Of a DNA stretch of 17,663 nucleotides, positions 9,626 through 17,663 are shown piece after piece (positions within the stretch are counted from its first letter, which is position 1; each line of letters starts with the position of its first letter). The translations under genes were made by a program, and so were the position numbers. Source of the stretch: Ginkgo biloba (lineage: Eukaryota > Plantae > Ginkgophyta); contig JANKJI020000004.1 of NCBI GenBank assembly GCA_024626585.2, positions 152,116,486 to 152,134,148 on the forward strand, in the 5' to 3' direction. Below the pieces are notes generated by a model, which ran no database searches, was not told the origin of the DNA, and was given only the letters and a program-made list of their open reading frames with translations.

Positions 9626-12570
9626 GTTAAAGTTGGTACAAGAGCTATTACATAAGCGGGCAGTTATATATAGTTAAAGTCCTTAGGCAAAACTAGCTGT
9701 ACTAGCATGACCAAGCTTTAAAACTACATGTTTTATTTTGTGCAGTAGACCAAGCTTTAAAACTCAACTATCCACAAGCACACACTAACATTGTATCATG
9801 AGGTTTAACTCTCCTCTTTAAAACATTCTCCTTGAATGTTTAAGGAAAAAGGGGCTGATATGAATGAGGTGAAAAAGTGGGAGAATCTACCATTGGCTTC
9901 AATGCCGAGTTCAAGAACATTTCCAATGGCCGGTAGGGGAATTGGCTTTTGGTCTATTGTTAGCTCTGATGTGTATATAAATGCAGTGTGCATGTTTTAA
10001 AAAAATATGGTCTATCATGGTGTAGATGAATAGGTAATAGGATTAGTTGTATGGAAAAGCTCATTAATAGGATCAATTTCTCCCAAAAGCTTGGATGTCC
10101 ATCCTCAACTTGGTCCTTTCAAGTTAAATAATTATGTGGTTTTTTAAAAGTTGGAAGATAAATTGAAATAAATAATTNNNNNNNNNNNNNNNNNNNNNNN
10201 NNNNNNNNNNNNNNNNNNNNNNNNNNNNNNNNNNNNNNNNNNNNNNNNNNNNNNNNNNNNNNNNNNNNNNNNNNNNNAGGCACATATTACATGGACATAG
10301 AGGGTGAATCCTATCCTCCTAACAATGTAGGGGGCATAACTATAAGAGGTATCATAATATCCTTAACTATAGATGTTGATGGAGGGGATAATCCACATAA
10401 AGTATTTTGAAATCCTTGATTAGGGAAGGGCACCAAATAAGGACCATAAAAAGTAAGAGAAATAAAAACCAGTTAGTTATGGGAACTTGAGGTGATGTAA
10501 TAATAGAACTGCAAGTAAGTGGAGATCCATAATATGCACCCTTTGATTAAATATCAATATATTCTCTATCAAAATCATACTTAATAGAGTTCATATATGG
10601 AGGTTGTGAAAATGGTTCTATAATATCTAAATAAGGTAAACCTTTAGTATTTCGTGAAAATATAATAGCATGATGCAAATGCTTATAATAAGATCATTTT
10701 CAATAAGTTGATAGGATGATATTAATGGGAAAGATATTTTTCCCATTTAGTTGAGAAAGGAAATAATATGGGTCTAATATTAATATACCAATGTAGGGAA
10801 AAGATAACAAGTAGAAATAATAAAGAAAACATAAGCTTAGTTTAACAATACAATTGAAGGAAAAGGTATTTATTAAATTTACTTATTGTTAAAGTTCATT
10901 TAATAATCCTTTTAATTTATGATTCAAATGCAATGAATATGGATTTCCTTAGAATATCCATATCCGTCTATGGAAAAGACCAAGTAAACAATAAAATAAC
11001 CATTTCTTAGGGTTTATGATAAACATAGAGAGCATAGCAATCTAGAAATGACCGTGGCATTTCAAATTATCTTCAGGCTAGCACATGTGAGATGAAAATA
11101 GAGATGTGATGCATTGTTAAGTAACAAGGTTTATGGGAGGTTGAACACAGTGGATCTTATTGGCTGAGGAGCTTGTCCTTTATCTCTCTCCCCCAGGGGT
11201 TCCAATTTTATGACCCTCATCTTTAAAGGATGAGAGTATGTATTCTCTTGACAGAAGGATTTCTTTGACAAAGGAAGAAACTGACTGGTTTAAAAGAAAA
11301 ACAGATCTTAGTTGGAGAACACTGAATGGTTTTTCGGTCTTACAGGAATCAAGCTCTTTATTGATTTTTACTTAAATGCAAACTCCATTTACTCTTATGG
11401 TACCATATTGTACAGGTGTATCATTAGTAGGATTTTTTGCAGGAAATTTCAATCCATAGTGAAAGAGGAAGAGAGAAGCAAAAGTTGTGCTTTTTATAAA
11501 CCTTATATGGTTGTCTAGACAATTATCTTTCACAAATGACTAATGCATGGAAATTCCAAGGCATCATCAACAATAGGCAAATCCACCTAGGGCATTTGGA
11601 AAATAACAAGTTCCAAAAGAATTGTTAGGAAAAAGAATGAAGCCATTCTAGGAGCTTCCCAAATATATTTTATTAGTGCATGCATACCAAATTGTACATG
11701 AGGGCACGAATTGTATAGCTTTGCAGATTTTACCTCATAGATTGCAAAGCACAGTGGAGTTGGCATATGGGTATATCTCTGGAGTCCGAGTAGCTTCACA
11801 ACCATAACCTTGGTGATCCATCTTAATTCAAGATCTTACAATCCTTTTATGCAAATGCTTGAGGTGGGGGTATCGATGATGTCGCTACAATATTCCCTAT
11901 CAATGTCCTTCCAATCATGTCGTGCAGTTATAGGTACTTTCAGACCATCGCAAGGTAGTCCAACAACTTCATGTATAGCAATTTCTATTATTGGTAGCAA
12001 TTTTGGGCATACATCTACCATGCCATTTACCAAGGCGAGGCTTCCTGAATCATAAAATAGTGGGGGTTGAAAATAATACTCTTTTAGTCCTACGTTCTCC
12101 AAGGTTTGATGGAAGATATTATGAAATGGAAATGCTAGCAGTTAAGCAAACTTGTCATGTTATCGAATTTTGATTTGAAACATGGTTATTTTCCCTTTCA
12201 TCCTTAATTTATTCCTAGGAGTTTGTTCAGATTTATTTCTCATGTTGTTGCCTACAACTGTTCCTTTCGTCTCTCAATTGCAACAGGTTCTTTCATTTGT
12301 TTGCACCTTCCTTCTTCCATTTACATCTGTCATGCACTATTAAGAGTGGATCTTGTTTAAATGCATTGTTTGCACGTGCCAGTATTATCATGACTCACAT
12401 GGATATCCAAATAATCTTGTGCCCTACATATGGTAAAGAACATTCTATCTATTACTGTAGATACAATCAACTACACAACTAATAAATTGAAATAAATAAT
12501 TTCTTTTTAGCTGAAAAACATTTGTTTAACTTTTCACCATATGAATTTGCTCACTAATGTTGAATACCAG

Positions 12571-12705
12571 GCAAAGAAGGCTGCAAAAAAAGCATTGACT
12601 GAGCATGGCATGGGAAAAAGTGGTTCAACTGCAAAAGGAATGTCTGTTAGAATACCAAGTTCTGAGCAGCTAAGTGAACGGCGTGTCAATCCTGCTATGC
12701 TTGAG
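12571..12705 (+). CDS. SDA1: SDA1 homolog exon (AKKAAKKALTEHGMGKSGSTAKGMSVRIPSSEQLSERRVNPAMLE)
   Basis: CTAAT branch-like motif at 12554-12558, acceptor ccag|, donor gag|gtaag. The exon is 135 nt, phase 0, and joins in frame as RELQ|AKKAAKKAL across a 6223-nt intron (6348-12570). Confidence 0.9.
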
Positions 12706-12802
12706 GTAAGCTGATTTGGTAGTTTCATATTAATTGGGTGTGACAGATGTCCCCCTTTGCCACTATGATGGGTTCATTTCTGTAAAATTATTTCATCTGC
12801 AG

Positions 12803-12910
12803 GCTAAGATACACACAAGGAAAGACAAAGAGGAGAGACTAGCTCTTGTGAAAGCTGGACGAGAGGATAGATTGAAGTATGCTTCTCGCACAGCTGTGAA
12901 GCAGAAAAAG
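12803..12910 (+). CDS. SDA1: SDA1 homolog exon (AKIHTRKDKEERLALVKAGREDRLKYASRTAVKQKK)
   Basis: Acceptor ctgcag|, donor aag|gttagt. The exon is 108 nt, phase 0. KEERLALVKAGREDR is the SDA1 C-terminal motif. Confidence 0.93.
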
Positions 12911-13054
12911 GTTAGTGATCATTATATGCTTTTTTTAAGGTTCATGACTATACTTGAGTTTACTTTTTAGTAGGCAATTATGTCTCTACAGTTTCACTCT
13001 ACTTTTTTGCTGTTATAAATTTACTGGCACATACCATCTTTGGTGATTATTTAG

Positions 13055-13198
13055 ACCGGAGGGCTCAGCAACCGTCAGAAGGAACGGCGGAAAGGAATGC
13101 CACTAGCTGCCAAACGTGCCAAGATAGCACGGTCGCAGAAAGAGAAGAAGAAGAGAAAGAATGGAAAGCAGTTTGTTGGTAAGAAAGCATGGAAATAG
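13055..13198 (+). CDS. SDA1: SDA1 homolog terminal coding exon (TGGLSNRQKERRKGMPLAAKRAKIARSQKEKKKRKNGKQFVGKKAWK*)
   Basis: Acceptor tttag|; 144 nt ending in TAG at 13196-13198. TGGLSNRQKE..K.MPLAAKRAK and GKQF.G.KAWK match plant SDA1 C-termini. The tail is strongly basic. Confidence 0.93.
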   Translation, partial: TGGLSNRQKERRKGMPLAAKRAKIARSQKEKKKRKNGKQFVGKKAWK

Positions 13199-14277
13199 TG
13201 TTTATACATTATAATGCTGTTTCGGTAAGAGTCTCTGACATTTTGCCTGACAGATGCTTGAAGATGTTTGTTTTAAAAATTTTCTGCATTTCATCATGTA
13301 CCTCTTTTAAGATAAGTAAAATACTCTTTGGCTTAACCATCAAGCAAGCAAGGCTCCAAAAATTGTCAAATTAACTCTCATGGTTATCATGGCACTTAAT
13401 GCCAGTTATGAAAATTGTAATGGATCCTTGTGATTTGAGTATTTATAAGCAATTGCTAGGCAGAAGATCTCAGGGATTATTCCCTGAAATTTGAGGCATT
13501 TTTATGTTGGAAGCCACGGCTCTTATTACTGGTCTGTTTTGATCGTTGGTTATAATTGACTGAACAAAAGTCAATATTTATTTGATTGTTTGTCAATGGG
13601 CAACATGAACTCCGTAGTAGTTTTGGGCAAAGGTTTGAAGGCATTTTTGATTTTGCAAACCACAGCCCACAATGTTTTCATTCATCTTTTGTTAGGATTC
13701 TTTAATGTTGATGCATCAATGCTCATTATGTTCAATATTAAGATGAATCATTTGATTTGTCATTGAGCAAGAGATGTAATGCATCTGCAGTTGGTCAAAT
13801 GCTGCACTCATTAAGGTGAACATGGCTACATGGATGAGACTCAAATCTGAAGAAATTACTTCATTGTCTGTATATAATTAATTGTCACACACTTGATCGT
13901 TCTTGAATATTTGGTGTTCTAGTTTNNNNNNNNNNNNNNNNNNNNNNNNNNNNNNNNNNNNNNNNNNNNNNNNNNNNNNNNNNNNNNNNNNNNNNNNNNN
14001 NNNNNNNNNNNNNNNNNNNNNNNNNTTTTTATGCACTTGTTGTATACAATGGTCTAATCCTTTGTCAACAGATCATAAGGAGAACTCATGGCTAGCTAGG
14101 TGCCTAGTGCTCTGAGTAATTCAGTCTAAAACTTACTCTCTTTGACTACACCTACCTCTAATAATTCCAGTACCAACCTCTAAATTTTACCCTATTGAAG
14201 GTAGGGATACTGATACAGGGGCATCACGACTATACATCGACAACGTGCATAATTTNNNNNNNNNNCAATTGTATGGA

Positions 14278-14303
14278 ATATATATATATATATATATATA
14301 TAT
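14278..14303. repeat. (TA)n microsatellite
   Basis: Directly visible perfect AT dinucleotide run. Confidence 0.9.
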
Positions 14304-14345
14304 TTGTATTTTTTGGATAACCCGATAACACTTTATAAAGAACTA

Positions 14346-15236
14346 TGTCGGAGGATGAATGTAGGAGGAGGAAGTTGGGAAGGAAGGTTGGTGACTTCGT
14401 TACCTAACCCAATTAATGTCGATATATGCACCAAGATGCCAAAGAAGGGAGGCGCATAGGAAGCCGTGAAATGGAAAATAGGCGCATTTAACATTACAAC
14501 TACTAGGCAATTGGGGGAGACAAAGGAGACGAAGGCAAAGCACTAGAGAGTCGTTGTAGGCATTAAATCCTTACCAAACATAGTCGTTGGAGCTTGTGTG
14601 GTTTAGAGTTCATTTCTTGAAGGTGGATCAGGTGGCGAAACAGAAGGAGGCTGACCGGTAGTGTTTGGTGACTTGTCACTGATCCCTCCTATGTCAGTTG
14701 GTATCAAAGCCTTGGTTGAAAGTAGGTGGGCAACAATTGAGCACAGTAAAGAACTCAGGATGCAGCCAAGTAGGGATGGACCTCTTATGCAGATGATGGA
14801 GGCCTTGGTATGAAGAGTTGAGGATGTTGGGGACAAGGTTGATGACCTCGAAGGTGCCTTTAGAAGATAGAAGCCTGCACTAGATGCATACCATACAACT
14901 GAATCAGAACCTGAAAATGGAGGACTAGCACAACCTAAGTTGGGTGCAAAAGTTGTTATAACAATATTATTGAAGGGAAGTCGTGGAGGAGTAAAGGTAA
15001 AAGTGCCATGTTTTGGAGGGAACTTAAAGCCTAACGATCTGCTGGATTAGATTTGTGACATGGAGAAGCATTTCAACTAGGAAGAGATTGAGGATCTCAG
15101 GAGAGTGAAATTTGCATGCATAAGGTTGAAAGGACACACTGCCATTTGGTGGGAGCATCTATAGAAAGATATGATCCGAAGGGGTAAAGCAAAGATCCAG
15201 ATGTTGCAGAGGATGGTAGAAAAGGTGAAGGGTAAA
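14346..15236 (+). mobile_element. Degenerate Ty3/gypsy element: putative 5' LTR (about 14346-14696), PBS and gag fragment
   Basis: A TG...CA-bounded segment is followed by tggtatcaaagc (14699-14710), one mismatch from the iMet PBS TGGTATCAGAGC. The gag-like reading KVKVPCFGGNLKPNDLLD*ICDMEKHFN*EEIEDLRRVKFACIRLKGHTAIWWEHL*KDMIRRGK starts at about 14994 and runs into an N gap. The LTR start is tentative. Confidence 0.85.
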
Positions 15237-15336
15237 NNNNNNNNNNNNNNNNNNNNNNNNNNNNNNNNNNNNNNNNNNNNNNNNNNNNNNNNNNNNNNNN
15301 NNNNNNNNNNNNNNNNNNNNNNNNNNNNNNNNNNNN

Positions 15337-15570
15337 GTGGAAAAGGGTTGTTATTGTCCATCTTCTTTTCATTTTTTGAGCAATTTAAAAAAGGTGGCAC
15401 AAAAGGTCATAATTTGTAACTTTTGGTGCTAAAAAGGGTCGTTATAATTAGATGTGCATTTCAATTCCTCAATGCAACTCTTTTTGCCACTTTTTTGGGG
15501 AAAGAAAAATTTTAAAATACAAAGGAAAAGGTTGCAAAAAGGGTCGTTATTTTCTTGTTTTGTTGTAGTG
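15337..15570. mobile_element. CACTA (En/Spm) DNA transposon terminus with subterminal repeats
   Basis: The segment ends ...ttttgttgtagtg at 15570 (reverse complement CACTACAACAAAA). The subterminal motif AAAAGGGTYGTTAT occurs at 15341, 15432 and 15537, with further variants. The other end is not visible because of a gap. Confidence 0.75.
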
Positions 15571-17663
15571 AGATTTATGTTTTATACATAAGTGAGTTTG
15601 TGGATGAAAAACTACTACTCTCTATGTATTGGGCAATGTGTTTATAGGTTGAGGGAGTAGTGATGAGGAAAAAATAACAATGGTTCTAATGGTACAGTGA
15701 TGCCACAAATAAAATATAACCAATTTTAATGGTCAAGCAATTTGAACTTTTTATGCCTTATACAAATATAAATGGTTGATATGAGTTAATAAGTGCATGG
15801 TAGATTTATATACAATGATTAGAGTATGAAAAATAAACATTGATAAGATATTTCATCTTTGAGGCCTCCTATGAATATAATTTTGGGAATAAAGAAATGA
15901 GGGCCAACAAAACCTAAGCATATGCTTCTCTAGTAGAACATTCTCAAAGGAAAAGAATGGTACTCATATCAAAATTGTGCATAACAAACTCGCGTGCATT
16001 AATGTAGAAACATATTTTAATTACTCAGGTATATGTCACTCCCTATACTCAACAAGTTGTTATCTACTACTTTTGCTATTCTATTGGGAATAACCGTCCT
16101 CATGGGTCCCAGTTAACCTTGAGCAGATGTGTTATTTTTATTCTTTTATTATAATTTGATTTGGCACTATTTTATTGATATGGTTGATATTAATCCAGAT
16201 AATTCTTTTGAATGTAATGACAATNNNNNNNNNNNNNNNNNNNNNNNNNNNNNNNNNNNNNNNNNNNNNNNNNNNNNNNNNNNNNNNNNNNNNCTCCCAT
16301 AAATTAGAGGCTAATGCTAGTTTATCCATATTTGAAATTGATTAATCAAACATAATGATAGTTGTAATGTATGATAATCATACTTAAGCATAATAATATA
16401 TAGTTTTCATGCTTCTAAACTCTACTTAGAGTTTGAGTCTTAAACAACCAATAAATCCATTAAAGTGAAGAAGGCTACTAACTACTCTCTAGATCTTACA
16501 AGTAAGATCTATAAATAGTCTCCTAAATCAATAAAATAAGGAAGAATGGATCCAAATGTNNNNNNNNNNNNNNNNNNNNNNNNNNNNNNNNNNNNNNNNN
16601 NNNNNNNNNNNNNNNNNNNNNNNNNNNNNNNNNNNNNNNNNNNNNNNNNNNNNNNNNNNCCAAGTTCATAGGTATTATCCTACTAAGTTGGTTTTGCCAT
16701 AATTGGAGTATATGTAGTTAGACACAATTGGGTATGTAGCTTGGAATATTTCCACTTAATTGATTGTCCCCAGTATAAAAATCCTACAACATGCTAAGAC
16801 TTTTTAAGGAAGTAGGAATTTGTCCTACATGTTGATTTTGATTGAGAGAAAGGATGGCCAATTGAGTTAGTTGACCTAATTTAGTANNNNNNNNNNNNNN
16901 NNNNNNNNNNNNNNNNNNNNNNNNNNNNNNNNNNNNNNNNNNNNAGTGAAGTAGTAATTTTTCTTATAATTTCTACAATAAGCAACAATGAAAGTTCTAT
17001 TGTATGTCTCAATAGTCATGAAATAGTCACCTGCATTATGGAGAAATTCCTATGGATTACAATTTGCATAAAGGTACTCCAATCATTATTATACATTAAC
17101 AAATATGTTCACATATGTATTTATAGATGTTTGATGATATAAATCCAAAGTGTGAGCATCATTAATGTAAAAAGACTAGCAAGTTGAGCGAGAGATGATA
17201 CAAAAATAGTGATTACATCGTATCATTAAGACAACAATGAGGTATTCAACTTATTGTTATATCTTCTTTATGGTGGGAGAATTTATTGTTTCTCACAAGG
17301 ACTACTCCACAAGCCACAATGTGAATTTCAATGCCACATGCTTAAGACAAGTTTCAAGAATTTTAAGAAAGGAAATATTGCATGCCAAAATGCCTATGTG
17401 ATTCCTTCAAGAATATATTTGAACACTTAGACATCACATCTAAATAGTATTTGAATTAACTCAAAAGGATTGAGGTAATAAATGAATGGTAAAATCCACT
17501 AATCATTCTTCTTGAAATGTACTAAACTATTATGCGTTTCACTTTAGTGTTAGTAATCCTTGTTCAAAGTGATTCTAGTTCTGATAGTATAGTGAAGCTG
17601 CAAATAAAATATAATCAATTTAATGGTTAAGTAATTAAAACCTTATATGGCTCATATAGACAA

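Noticed and set aside
10937-10963. Small hairpin ATATGGAT...ATCCATAT
   Set aside because: Short, AT-rich and isolated, so expected by chance.
9790-11030. Faint LINE (HPQLGPFKLN near 10095-10130) and gypsy protease-like hints
   Set aside because: Too degenerate to support a call without an HMM search. Probably old TE debris.
15571-17663. AT-rich distal sequence with gaps
   Set aside because: No ORF, RNA gene or repeat structure that I can support.
1-17663. Prokaryotic systems (CRISPR arrays, operons, defence islands)
   Set aside because: The sequence is eukaryotic with spliceosomal introns, and there are no regularly spaced repeat-spacer arrays.

Overview
Eukaryotic, AT-rich, gap-riddled plant genomic DNA. 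The long transposon-filled introns suggest a large-genome plant such as a gymnosperm (inference only). The window holds the last five coding exons of an SDA1 gene (pre-60S ribosome assembly factor) on the + strand: 5564-5665, 5742-6347, 12571-12705, 12803-12910 and 13055-13198. All introns are GT-AG and phase 0, and one is 6.2 kb long. The earlier exons are outside the window or in N gaps. The rest is mostly decayed transposons: Ty3/gypsy LTR-PBS-gag(-pol) remnants, a CACTA end, and weaker LINE ORF1 and integrase fragments. There is also a diverged tandem duplication of about 260-295 bp per unit. The most striking feature lies about 280 bp upstream of the first visible exon. It is a GC-enriched ~264-nt island (5023-5286) that folds by eye into a multi-way junction with a closing stem and four arms. 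It contains a candidate cassette exon with a premature stop, and both candidate splice sites sit in or against the helices. This suggests a structured, NMD-coupled poison exon regulating SDA1, analogous to the plant TFIIIA P5SM element. The hypothesis rests on sequence alone.
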